Positions 54,517 through 63,628 are shown, numbered from the stretch's first letter. The stretch is DNA of 64,000 nucleotides from a virus (IMGVR_UViG_3300031555_003442:113809-177808), one strand, 5' to 3'. Translations and numbers: made by a program. Notes: generated by a model from the sequence alone, not told the origin.

Positions 54517-54625
54517 ATGCCCCGATGACGCTTTTTGTGGAGTTCAGCATCACCAGGGCATAAAAATCCTTGATTTCAATAAGCCGAGAACTCCACTAAT
54601 CGACCTATTCATAAATAAGTTTATA
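54517..54625 (-). ncRNA. Late promoter plus two-hairpin kissing-loop leader of tnpB-2
   Basis: TATAAACT 54625-54618; loop GUGGAGUUC (54596-54588) complementary to loop GAACUCCAC (54545-54537). Confidence 0.7.
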
Positions 54626-54630
54626 ACATT

Positions 54631-54675
54631 TTACTTTTTCTTTTGGTCTTCAATGTACCTAGTGACTGTTTGTTG
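54631..54675 (-). pseudogene. tnpA: C-terminal stub of Y1 HUH transposase
   Basis: QQTVTRYIEDQKKK*, matching the YIxxQ catalytic helix. Confidence 0.7.
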
Positions 54676-54763
54676 GCATCATCCCACGGATAAAGACTTG
54701 GGCTTTCGGTTCAGCGTAATGCCGAGAATCGAAATGATTTTCGGTTTTTTTCATATCCATGTC

Positions 54764-54792
54764 TTGCCAAATCCGATTAAATAGACTATATT
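54764..54792 (+). promoter_or_regulatory. Sigma70-like early promoter
   Basis: TTGCCA-N17-TATATT. Confidence 0.7.
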
Positions 54793-54828
54793 TTATCGAG
54801 GAATCATTTTCACCTTAGGAGAAATCTA

Positions 54829-55224
54829 ATGGACTGGACACTAATCTTCGGCGGCATCCTCTTTGTAGCTTGGCTCGCCATTCAGGTATATATCAGAGTC
54901 AAACCGAACACTCACATTCTGAGCGATTTCAGCAAGCTGGTTGCATCTCAGCAGTACGAACAGGCTGCTTACTATCTTAAACATAGCGACAAGAAGCATC
55001 TTGCCCGTGAATTGAAACGCCTGATGAAGGATGCCAAGAAAAAGGACATTAAAGGATGTGAACACAGGGGTATCGACCATAAGTGCCGTTACCGTTTCGC
55101 TTATGAATTGTACCGCATGTTTGTTGGCGAATTGAAAATGAAGACTGACTATCTTGACCAATGCAAGCTCGACGAAGAGAGAAGTTGTGTTCTCTACCGC
55201 ATTAAAGCCAGCAAGTTCGTATGA
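54829..55224 (+). CDS. Membrane-anchored hypothetical protein
   Basis: AGGAG RBS; N-terminal helix. Confidence 0.7.
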   Translation: MDWTLIFGGILFVAWLAIQVYIRVKPNTHILSDFSKLVASQQYEQAAYYLKHSDKKHLARELKRLMKDAKKKDIKGCEHRGIDHKCRYRFAYELYRMFVGELKMKTDYLDQCKLDEERSCVLYRIKASKFV

Positions 55225-55279
55225 CGGAATACAAAGAACTCAATGCATAGAACCTATCTACTACGAAGAGGATTAAATT

Positions 55280-55435
55280 ATGGGTTTCCGCTGTCCATTC
55301 TGCAAGGCCGATTTCGGTCACGACAAGGCTGAATTTGAAAAGCACATGAAAGAGGAGAAGGAAACTCCCTCTATCGAAGCGCTTGCCGCTACCAACATTG
55401 CCGACACTCTGAAAAATGTTCTTAAACAATCTTAG
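55280..55435 (+). CDS. 51-aa zinc-finger-like protein (below ORF-track cutoff)
   Basis: GAGG RBS; FRCPFCKADF..FEKH. Confidence 0.6.
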   Translation: MGFRCPFCKADFGHDKAEFEKHMKEEKETPSIEALAATNIADTLKNVLKQS

Positions 55436-55460
55436 CGAATCGCATTAAATAGACTATATT
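55432..55460 (+). promoter_or_regulatory. Sigma70-like early promoter (weak -35)
   Basis: TTAGCG-N17-TATATT; shares ATTAAATAGACTATATTTT with the 54764 promoter. Confidence 0.55.
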
Positions 55461-55467
55461 TTGTTTT

Positions 55468-55758
55468 ATGGAAAACTACAAAGAACTCAAATCCACAGAA
55501 GAAATCGAAGACGTGTTCGGTAAGCGTCGTGGAATCACCTTCCGCTGCGGGAATTGCCACTGTGCATTCATTCAGGACATGCGTCACATCCGATTTTATG
55601 AATCCTTAATAGGGGCTTCCACCCTTTGGAACCGTCGTAAATATGTTGTCAAGACGGAATGCCCTACATGCAAGCAGGAATTATCCGTGGTCGCCGACGA
55701 AGAACTTGCCGTCAACCCAAGGGACTACTGGAAAGACCGACTCAAGGAGCGTAGATAA
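55468..55758 (+). CDS. Zinc-ribbon protein
   Basis: FRCGNCHCAF...CPTC. Confidence 0.7.
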   Translation: MENYKELKSTEEIEDVFGKRRGITFRCGNCHCAFIQDMRHIRFYESLIGASTLWNRRKYVVKTECPTCKQELSVVADEELAVNPRDYWKDRLKERR

Positions 55759-56666
55759 TGCAAGCTTTCATCCTTTCAGACATCCACCCCGATACATGGT
55801 TCGCCTATGCGAACAAGCCGTCCATGCTGCGTGATGACGACCCGAAGGAAGAAGTCGTCGTCAAGACCATGGACCATCTGTGGGATTATTTCAGTTATCC
55901 TATCGTCGACGCAATCATCGTCGCTGGGGACATCGCCAACGACTACCTTACCTACACCCGTGCCGTAACTTGGCTGTCCAGTAAATACAAGGAAGTCTAC
56001 ATCTGTCTCGGGAACCACGACATCCTCATCCGTGGGGCAACCCCATCGAAGTCGAATCTCCAATTCCACAGCTCCGAGGAAAAGATTGCCGCCATACAGG
56101 AATTCTGCAACAAGATGGGAAACGTGCATCTGCTCGAAGGCAGGAGCATGGACAATATCGCTGGTTGCATGGGCATGTGCGACTTCCAGGTCGAAGCCAT
56201 GTCGTACGGTCGCAGCAAGAAGCTTATCTGGAAGCGTGAATGGTTCGACGGAAACTACTGGCGGTACTTCAAGCAGGACCCAGACGCAATCTGGGCCCAC
56301 TACGACAAGATGATGACCGAGCTTGTCGAAAAGCAGCCCGCAATCATGATGACCCACTTCGCTCCGTACGAGGTCGGGGTTAACTTCGAGTATCGCAACA
56401 GCCCGCTGAACACATTCTTCTACTTCAACGGGCAGAAGTATCTCGAAATGTTCGACCATGACGCAATCTGGATTTGCGGTCATGTACACGACAAGAAGAT
56501 TTGCGAATACGAGAATGAAAAGGGTAAGAAGATTAAAATTCTTTGCAACCCGAACGGATATCCTGGCGAGCGCAGAGACTATGCCGACACAATGACTATC
56601 GTCGGCGATGAACTGAAGCGTGGCTCTCGCAGGGTCGATATGGCTGACTTCATCATCACTATCTAA
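55758..56666 (+). CDS. Calcineurin-like metallophosphoesterase
   Basis: SDIH, AGD, GNHD, THFAP, GHVH. Confidence 0.9.
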   Translation: MQAFILSDIHPDTWFAYANKPSMLRDDDPKEEVVVKTMDHLWDYFSYPIVDAIIVAGDIANDYLTYTRAVTWLSSKYKEVYICLGNHDILIRGATPSKSNLQFHSSEEKIAAIQEFCNKMGNVHLLEGRSMDNIAGCMGMCDFQVEAMSYGRSKKLIWKREWFDGNYWRYFKQDPDAIWAHYDKMMTELVEKQPAIMMTHFAPYEVGVNFEYRNSPLNTFFYFNGQKYLEMFDHDAIWICGHVHDKKICEYENEKGKKIKILCNPNGYPGERRDYADTMTIVGDELKRGSRRVDMADFIITI

Positions 56667-56675
56667 GGAGGGATT

Positions 56676-57038
56676 ATGCCTGGTTTGTTCGATGCTATGG
56701 CTGATGTCGAATTTAATAAAGCCTGCAACAAGGCGCTGGAACTCGGTACTGGACTGCCTGTCGTCCAATGCGGATTGGGTCTAGCTAACCCAATGCTGCA
56801 TGTATCATTCAATACCGTCGGGATTGGCCCGAGGACGTTCGTAGCGGCAGTTATTACCGATGGCGTAGAAATGCCAGACGGAACGAAAGAACCCGTATTC
56901 GGAAATCCGTACAAATACAAGCTAAACGGATATCGAAGGAAGGCGAGCTCGGACGATTTCGAACATTGTACATGGATGGCGAACGATATAGAGACGCTCA
57001 TCGGCAAAGTTGCTATTACGAAAGGGAGGAATGCTTAA
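56676..57038 (+). CDS. Hypothetical protein
   Basis: AGGAGG RBS. Confidence 0.7.
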   Translation: MPGLFDAMADVEFNKACNKALELGTGLPVVQCGLGLANPMLHVSFNTVGIGPRTFVAAVITDGVEMPDGTKEPVFGNPYKYKLNGYRRKASSDDFEHCTWMANDIETLIGKVAITKGRNA

Positions 57039-57039
57039 A

Positions 57040-57456
57040 ATGACCGATATCGAACTCGCATGGCATCGTGGACTGAGAACAGGCGCCATCGTCAAGCACT
57101 TCAAGCGTGAGACGCTTACAGAAGAAGAACTCAAAAAGAACCCGAAGATGTACCTGTACGAGATTGTCGGGCTTGCCGAGCATACGGAAACCAAGGAACT
57201 CCTTATGGTGTACAATGCACTGTACGGAAAGCCTACTTTATGTGCCCGTCCTCTATCGATGTTCCTGAGCGAGGTTGACCACAAGAAGTACCCGAACATC
57301 AAGCAGAAGTACCGTTTTGTGCCCCGTGATTTCGTCGAGGACTCATCCCCATGTGAAAAATGCCAATGCCACTGCGAGTACGGATGCAGGGAAAAGGTTG
57401 AATGGGCAAAAAGAAACGGAACGCTACCGTCAACTTATATCGGAAATAGAGGTTGA
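57040..57456 (+). CDS. DUF1653-family protein
   Basis: [32 protein letters not shown]...QKYRF. Confidence 0.85.
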   Translation: MTDIELAWHRGLRTGAIVKHFKRETLTEEELKKNPKMYLYEIVGLAEHTETKELLMVYNALYGKPTLCARPLSMFLSEVDHKKYPNIKQKYRFVPRDFVEDSSPCEKCQCHCEYGCREKVEWAKRNGTLPSTYIGNRG

Positions 57457-57457
57457 A

Positions 57458-57724
57458 ATGCAGGTTGAAACCCTTGAAATCCCATGGAAGACATTCGCCG
57501 AGGAACTTCCTAAACGGAATGTATGGATTTGGGTCACTGCTCCAAAGGATGGGTTCATCGATGCGTCCAAAACTACGCTCATGCCGAACTACAACAATAA
57601 GGAAGAGACGATTCCTGACGGATATAATTTCCACTACGAGCGCCATATCCGCTACCTCAAAAGCAGCATGAATTGGAAATGGTGCTACGCCAGCGATATC
57701 ATATCAAATCTAATGAAGGGATAA
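57458..57724 (+). CDS. Hypothetical protein
   Basis: GAGGT RBS. Confidence 0.6.
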   Translation: MQVETLEIPWKTFAEELPKRNVWIWVTAPKDGFIDASKTTLMPNYNNKEETIPDGYNFHYERHIRYLKSSMNWKWCYASDIISNLMKG

Positions 57725-57726
57725 CT

Positions 57727-57909
57727 ATGCGTTTCATCGTCGACATGATTTCGTTGTTTGTATCGTCGGCATTCATTGTTGTATCCATAGCGTTCATAAT
57801 AATGCCTGGATACGCCCGTGGGCCCGCAATTGTTATCCTTGCCGCCACTCTAATCGAGTTTGCCAGGGCGACGTGCGATTTCGCCCGCCACTTTAGGAAA
57901 AAAGAATAA
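57727..57909 (+). CDS. Two-helix membrane protein
   Basis: Hydrophobic. Confidence 0.6.
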   Translation: MRFIVDMISLFVSSAFIVVSIAFIIMPGYARGPAIVILAATLIEFARATCDFARHFRKKE

Positions 57910-57930
57910 AAACAAGAACCCAAGGAAAAA

Positions 57931-58620
57931 ATGATGAAAAAGAATCAAAACAAGGAAGCCTTAAAGGAAACTTACGACGAAGTCCTCATCCAGATTTACT
58001 ACAAACTGGATATCAAGGGCGGCATCAACCATGAATGGATTGACATTGCAGAAGAAAAGAAGATTCTCCCCGAGTTCCTTGCATGGTACGCACCAACATG
58101 GTTTGCAAAGACGTTCCCCCACAATGCGGAAGACCTCCCGAAGGGTGTTACCCCAGCACAGCATTTTGTCACATTCGACCCGAAGAAGGGCTTGCTCCTC
58201 TGCGTCGGTTACTACATTGATGAGAACATTGTCAACTACGACAATGAATTCAAGGCGACACTTACTGACATCGTCGACGATGCCCGAGGTCAGTTCTCCG
58301 ACGGCTGGGGAGAAGGTTTCGAACAGCGTGATTTCAAGATTGGCCGCAAGACTTATTCCCCAGACCCGACCAGCAACGTGGTCTACATCGTCTCACCTAT
58401 CGAATCTAGCGAGGCAATGATGATTCGCTGGAAATCCATTGCTGAAATCGAAAATGTGGACTGGATGCGTGACTACGACAACGACATCTGGAACATCCTC
58501 TACAATCCCAAAAAACACAAGGAAAAGAAGGAAGCCACCAGTATCCGTTCATGGGGAGACAAGCTCGAAATGTATGAGTTTGTAGAAAAGAACAAGAACA
58601 AATTCTTCTTCGCATACTAA
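57931..58620 (+). CDS. Hypothetical protein with GQxSDGWGEGFEQ motif
   Basis: AAGGA RBS; 229 aa. Confidence 0.7.
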   Translation: MMKKNQNKEALKETYDEVLIQIYYKLDIKGGINHEWIDIAEEKKILPEFLAWYAPTWFAKTFPHNAEDLPKGVTPAQHFVTFDPKKGLLLCVGYYIDENIVNYDNEFKATLTDIVDDARGQFSDGWGEGFEQRDFKIGRKTYSPDPTSNVVYIVSPIESSEAMMIRWKSIAEIENVDWMRDYDNDIWNILYNPKKHKEKKEATSIRSWGDKLEMYEFVEKNKNKFFFAY

Positions 58621-58631
58621 TGAGGTGACCG

Positions 58632-58853
58632 ATGACTTTGGCAGGCTGCTTGTTCGTCGCCGATATTTTCGTATTTTTCTTCTCCCTCGTCGTCGCCTCC
58701 GCTATGGACTCTGTATTGCCGAAGTTGAAGGAAACCCCGTCGTTGTATGCTGAATGCAAATTCATACGACTCACCATGCGAATAACCCTGGGAATCAGCA
58801 TCCTCGGCTTTATCGCAATAACCTTATCCATGTACCTAACGGATGGAGTATAA
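58632..58853 (+). CDS. Two-helix membrane protein
   Basis: GAGGTG RBS. Confidence 0.65.
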   Translation: MTLAGCLFVADIFVFFFSLVVASAMDSVLPKLKETPSLYAECKFIRLTMRITLGISILGFIAITLSMYLTDGV

Positions 58854-58856
58854 CCT

Positions 58857-59135
58857 ATGCAAAGATATAATTTCTTCGACATTTCCCAACTGGGGAAAAT
58901 AACCCAAGACACCCAGTACGCCGTGTACAACCGCACCCGCCAAGAACTTGTACACCGCCACGGTGTTTGCTATGCGGGCTTGCCATCGTTCTGGCAATCC
59001 TCCTATACCAAGGCGGAAGCTCTTTTGGAGGAAGCAGTCAATTACTATCCCAAGACGGATTCATTGACCATCATCAAGAAGGATGCAGTAATCACGTTCA
59101 CCGATTGCCTGCCCGAGGATAAACATGAAGCCTGA
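58857..59135 (+). CDS. Hypothetical protein
   Basis: GGAG RBS. Confidence 0.65.
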   Translation: MQRYNFFDISQLGKITQDTQYAVYNRTRQELVHRHGVCYAGLPSFWQSSYTKAEALLEEAVNYYPKTDSLTIIKKDAVITFTDCLPEDKHEA

Positions 59136-59625
59136 GGAAACCAATATCCCGACTCACTGGGAAATGGCCCAGTGGCTTGCCCAAGGAAAGGGCGAGATGC
59201 TTGACAGGAACAACTTCAACCGTGTCATCCACTCGTTCGACTACAGGCTTGAAGATGAAAACAAGCCGCTTCACCCGCTGGACCTCGTACAGTACAGGAT
59301 TCGCCTGTTCGGTGACCCGTTCTGGCACAAGCCCGATACCGTCTACATGGACATCCCCAGATGGAACCTCGTCAAGTTCATCCACCATATCGCCGCAAAG
59401 TTCCCCGAGGGCACTTTCCCCGTGCATACAGACGTCCTGCATGGCGCATTCCATGTCAACGACATGTGCATTGCATGCTCGTTGGGCGTATACACGAGTT
59501 GCAAGAACGGAAAGCTTGACCTGGAAGATTACAGGACCTGTTGGGATGCGATTACCGACAATGATGTCATGCGGATTGAAAAGGTCATCAGGAAACTCGT
59601 AAAGAAAAATTCCGAGACCACTTGA
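59125..59625 (+). CDS. Hypothetical protein
   Basis: GAGG RBS; THWEMAQWLAQGKGE. Confidence 0.7.
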   Translation: MKPEETNIPTHWEMAQWLAQGKGEMLDRNNFNRVIHSFDYRLEDENKPLHPLDLVQYRIRLFGDPFWHKPDTVYMDIPRWNLVKFIHHIAAKFPEGTFPVHTDVLHGAFHVNDMCIACSLGVYTSCKNGKLDLEDYRTCWDAITDNDVMRIEKVIRKLVKKNSETT

Positions 59626-59650
59626 CAATCCAAGTTTAATTGTCTATATT
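59622..59650 (+). promoter_or_regulatory. Sigma70-like early promoter
   Basis: TTGACA-N17-TATATT. Confidence 0.75.
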
Positions 59651-59679
59651 ACTTTCAGTAAACCAACAGGAGACTGAAT

Positions 59680-59898
59680 ATGGCAGGAAACACTATTGAA
59701 TCCTCGGGAAATCCGTCGTACACTCCCCGTGACTACGAGAAGGAGAACGACCTTGGCGTGTATGTCCACTGCGTAGAACGCATGGGACAGATTGCCGCAA
59801 TAATGAACGTGTACCCTAAGACGATGACGCTCGAGCAGGTGTACCAGTCTGTCGAATCCCAACTCGAAAAATACAGGAAGCTCGTAATCGGGCGATAA
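59680..59898 (+). CDS. Hypothetical protein
   Basis: AGGAG RBS. Confidence 0.7.
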   Translation: MAGNTIESSGNPSYTPRDYEKENDLGVYVHCVERMGQIAAIMNVYPKTMTLEQVYQSVESQLEKYRKLVIGR

Positions 59899-59909
59899 AG
59901 GAGAATACA

Positions 59910-60365
59910 ATGGGCATGGATGATATTTTCTTCATTGCAACATTTGTCATATTCATCACGGCAATGTTCGCTAGAATCATGTACAAGCTGAAAACGCTCG
60001 GAAAGGTGCAGATAATGAAGGTCGGCGATTTCTATGCGGTAAGGCAGTATGCAGGGACTAACTCGTTCGATTACATCCGTTTCGATGACCTGCTCGACGC
60101 CAAATGGAGATGGATTTACGGCAGCGGCCCGAAGGCTTGCGAGTTCCCAATGACGATGCCGTATGAAGAAGCCACCCGCATCGCCGATTTAGCCCATGTC
60201 AAGTACCTCGAATATCAAGAAGGCAAAAAACGAGACAAGGAAAAGGCAAAGGAAAAACGGGCGGAAAAACGAAAGAACAAACCAGTCCTGATAAAAACAA
60301 TCCCTAACAAGGCGGATAACGATGCACTTCGAAATGAAGCAAAGACAATACATCGTCTGCCCTAA
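59910..60365 (+). CDS. Membrane-anchored hypothetical protein
   Basis: AAGGAG RBS; N-terminal helix. Confidence 0.7.
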   Translation: MGMDDIFFIATFVIFITAMFARIMYKLKTLGKVQIMKVGDFYAVRQYAGTNSFDYIRFDDLLDAKWRWIYGSGPKACEFPMTMPYEEATRIADLAHVKYLEYQEGKKRDKEKAKEKRAEKRKNKPVLIKTIPNKADNDALRNEAKTIHRLP

Positions 60366-60573
60366 GTGCAAGAACGATACCAGCTTCGACTGCATCGGTG
60401 ACAGGATTGACTACGGCATATTCGAAATCAAGATTGCATGCCGCAAGTGTGACTGGATTTCCGATGAACTCTATGAGGAAACGGGTTATTTCCCCGATTT
60501 GAGCCTGGAATCAATCCGCTACCACGTAAAAACCCTACACGACATGCAACAGGAAGGAAAACAAGGTGGTTAA
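60334..60573 (+). CDS. Zinc-ribbon protein
   Basis: CPKC...CRKC. Confidence 0.6.
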   Translation: MKQRQYIVCPKCKNDTSFDCIGDRIDYGIFEIKIACRKCDWISDELYEETGYFPDLSLESIRYHVKTLHDMQQEGKQGG

Positions 60574-60574
60574 T

Positions 60575-61591
60575 ATGGACGCTAGACAATTTTTGAAAGA
60601 AGCCCGTGAACTCCATGACGCTGACAAAGAGCGATTCACGGGCGTTAAAGATGTGAGCGATGTAGTCAAGGGATGGGGTGCCAATGATTGGTCGATTGAC
60701 ACATTCAAGCGCACACTGTGCCACTATACAGACAGCTCAGGCCATGTTACCAATTACCTGTGTGCCCTCCTGAATTGCAAGCCTATATCGGAACTACTCG
60801 TAGATTCCGATGCACTGGAAGGACCATGGATTGGAGAACAAAGGGCTATCGTAAAACGTGCCGATGCCGAATGCGACTCGTGGTGGGGACGCATGGACCT
60901 TTATGAAATTTATACGCTAGAACTTGTTCTCAAACATTTCGACGAAATCGTCAAGAGGTTCAAACAACGGTTTGCCGAAAATGATGCCATCGACGAACTT
61001 AACGATGCGCTGCGTAAATATCCGAAGGCCAACTGTAACGGGGACATGGGCGCCAAGGTCAACGAGAGCATCTCCCTGTACAATGAAATCTCTTGTGCCA
61101 ACTCCGATATCGAAAGATACAAGAAGATGATTGAAATTGGCAAGACGCTAGTTACCGACAATGCCGAACTCATGCAGATGCTGACTAACGATATGAACGC
61201 CCGTTCAAAACGAATTAAAGAACTCACCAAGGAACACGGTAACGCCGAAGCCAACATACGCAACGCCCTGCTCGATGCCATGAAAGACAAGTTCATCTAC
61301 TGGGACGGAGGAGACACACAGCACTCAAATTACATTCGTCTCGTTGACGTGAAAATGGATGGTTGGAGCGACAAGGCGGTCTACCTTAAAGGACCGTTAA
61401 TCTACTTCGACTGGGGTGTTAAACCCAAGTTATCGCCCGATGGTTCCGTGTATTTATCGTACATGAGCAAACTCAGCGAGAAAGTCGATTGCCTGCATAT
61501 CGTCGAAATAGACGAGCTGCTGAAAGAGGTGGAGAAACATACCCCATTCATGTTCGACTTCATCAAGAAACTTACCGAAAACATGGCATGA
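60575..61591 (+). CDS. Hypothetical coiled-coil protein
   Basis: 338 aa; operon packing. Confidence 0.75.
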   Translation: MDARQFLKEARELHDADKERFTGVKDVSDVVKGWGANDWSIDTFKRTLCHYTDSSGHVTNYLCALLNCKPISELLVDSDALEGPWIGEQRAIVKRADAECDSWWGRMDLYEIYTLELVLKHFDEIVKRFKQRFAENDAIDELNDALRKYPKANCNGDMGAKVNESISLYNEISCANSDIERYKKMIEIGKTLVTDNAELMQMLTNDMNARSKRIKELTKEHGNAEANIRNALLDAMKDKFIYWDGGDTQHSNYIRLVDVKMDGWSDKAVYLKGPLIYFDWGVKPKLSPDGSVYLSYMSKLSEKVDCLHIVEIDELLKEVEKHTPFMFDFIKKLTENMA

Positions 61592-61594
61592 CCT

Positions 61595-62527
61595 ATGAAC
61601 AACACATTCGATAAATTGTCTTACAGCGAACAGCTACAAGAATTACACAATCAGTATGAGTTAGCCAAGAAATCCACAAGAAAGGCAGAACAGAAACTGA
61701 ATGCGGCAAAGAATAACGAAAGCAAGGCCCTTGCCGACATGACAGACTTCATCAAAAAGTCGTTCGTCCATCAGCTCAAGGACTTCTTCGACGGAGCCCC
61801 AGTCGCAATCCAGGTTTTCAACCACTCTAAGGACTATGTTCTTCCGCCCGAGGATGAACCCGACAGGTACGGCGTTCGTATCCTCCCAACAGTCCTGCAA
61901 GAGGATGACGTGTACGTTAACGGTGAGTACGCCAGCGTCAATCCAATAGAGATGGACTTCATCGACATATATCACGGACAACAACCGTGGATTCAGCCTT
62001 ACGATGCTTATTACCCAAGTTTTACCAACATCATCTTCCTCCCGAAGGATAGCAAGTGGATTAAATCACGTTATATCCCCGTGAAAAACTTCTCGGTAAT
62101 CAAGGAACTCATGGAAAGGAACCACAAACTTTACACGGAACGCCTTGAAGAGGAAATTAGCAAACTGAAAGAGATTTGCCCGAACTATAAAGCCTATTCA
62201 GCGTCATCCGAGTCTTATGACTACCTCCTCCTCGTAGGAAACGACTCCGTGTGCGTACAGTACACTAACGACTCGTTTCCACATGTTCTAAAAGGGGACT
62301 GTGAAGACCCGTTATGGTATAGCACGATAAATAGGAAGTATGAACGGAAAGAGATTTCAACCAACGATGCATGCAAGATACTTGACAGAATCGTAAGGGG
62401 AAACCGAAAGTATTACAAGGAAACCGTGGCGAAAGCGAAAAAATGGTTCGACGACTGCGTTAAACTGGCCGAAGAACACAAGACAGAAAATGGGGATAAC
62501 CATGAAAAGACAAATCCTGTACAATAA
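61595..62527 (+). CDS. Hypothetical protein
   Basis: 310 aa; operon packing. Confidence 0.75.
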   Translation: MNNTFDKLSYSEQLQELHNQYELAKKSTRKAEQKLNAAKNNESKALADMTDFIKKSFVHQLKDFFDGAPVAIQVFNHSKDYVLPPEDEPDRYGVRILPTVLQEDDVYVNGEYASVNPIEMDFIDIYHGQQPWIQPYDAYYPSFTNIIFLPKDSKWIKSRYIPVKNFSVIKELMERNHKLYTERLEEEISKLKEICPNYKAYSASSESYDYLLLVGNDSVCVQYTNDSFPHVLKGDCEDPLWYSTINRKYERKEISTNDACKILDRIVRGNRKYYKETVAKAKKWFDDCVKLAEEHKTENGDNHEKTNPVQ

Positions 62528-63167
62528 CAAAGATATCGAACTTGTCGCAGAAGACGGCGAGTATGTACTTGTCAAGCATAACCCGAAGGTTAAAGTCATA
62601 ACCCGCACAACGAAATCCGATGCGAAAGTCCTGCAGTCGAAGAATACGGTAAAGTCGTACCTGGCAGACTGCCACATGGCCTACAAGGTGTTCGACTGCC
62701 CTTCCATCAACGGAAAGCTGCTGATATTCACCACCGACGGATACGATTTAAGACATTGTTGCGGCGGGCATGAACTGACTGGACGGTATCTCGACGAATT
62801 CATGGACATCGCCGCAAAGGAGTTCAAAGCCAAAATCTATCTCTATGGCGAAATGCGTGAGGCCCACGAAAGCGGATTTATCCTGATGTCAACGAACAAG
62901 CATTTCCCCGACATGGTGGAAGACGATTTCTGTGCGAGAATGGATGTCGAGACGGACGACCCGAAAGTCAAGTTCCACTACTACAGCTTTACGGAAGAGC
63001 AGGAACCCCGTAGCGAAATCGACATGGCTATTTGCAGAAAATACAAGCTTAACCGAGACAAGATGCTCGGGCTCTATGTCAGGAACTACAATGTCATGGG
63101 CGACTGGGCCTTCATCGAGATGCCGAACTGGAAGATAATCCCAGGCAGCGCCTACTCGAAAATGTAA
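62502..63167 (+). CDS. Hypothetical protein
   Basis: GGGG RBS; operon packing. Confidence 0.7.
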   Translation: MKRQILYNNKDIELVAEDGEYVLVKHNPKVKVITRTTKSDAKVLQSKNTVKSYLADCHMAYKVFDCPSINGKLLIFTTDGYDLRHCCGGHELTGRYLDEFMDIAAKEFKAKIYLYGEMREAHESGFILMSTNKHFPDMVEDDFCARMDVETDDPKVKFHYYSFTEEQEPRSEIDMAICRKYKLNRDKMLGLYVRNYNVMGDWAFIEMPNWKIIPGSAYSKM

Positions 63168-63262
63168 AAATCCGTTAATATTTAACTTTTTTACCGCCTG
63201 TTTCACCGCAGACGGTTTTATTTTACTATATTTAATGACAAGACGCAAAAGGAGTAAATCCA

Positions 63263-63628
63263 ATGGAAGGATACATCACCACAGCCCGTGTCGGGGACAC
63301 CATCAGCATCCTGGCAACAGCCTTGGCTGAACCCTCATACAAGGGCAAGGAAGGAACCGTCACCAAACTCGACTCCGACGGAACCATCCACGGAACATGG
63401 GGCGACATCGCACTCCTCCATGGCCGTGACTCCTACGCCATCATCGAGAGGGTCCCGCTCACCGACGAGGAACTGCAGAAGCTGTCCCCCTTCGAACGCA
63501 TGGGAATCGGAGTCCCGAACGACATATTCTATGCCGACAGGACCGACACCCCGACGGCATCTTCCCACTTCACCCGAATGATTGACGGCCTCAACAAGGT
63601 AAAGACCCATGGTAGACGTAATAATTGA
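63263..63628 (+). CDS. DUF4314-like protein
   Basis: VGDTI...GKEGTV..DSDGTIHGTWG..L..G.D. Confidence 0.7.
   Translation: MEGYITTARVGDTISILATALAEPSYKGKEGTVTKLDSDGTIHGTWGDIALLHGRDSYAIIERVPLTDEELQKLSPFERMGIGVPNDIFYADRTDTPTASSHFTRMIDGLNKVKTHGRRNN

Larger units (their letters stand above)
53353..54715 (-). mobile_element. Non-autonomous IS200/IS605-family (IS608-like) element
   Basis: LE TTAC|GCTGAACCG-AAAG-CCCA..TTTA..TGGG; RE GAAT-CCCACGAC-TTTA-GTCGTTGG-AGTAAGTATG-TCAC; tnpB and tnpA stub. Confidence 0.88.

Noticed and set aside
53353-54715. IStron (group I intron-IS hybrid)
   Set aside because: Element is antisense to the interrupted gene and has no space for a ribozyme core
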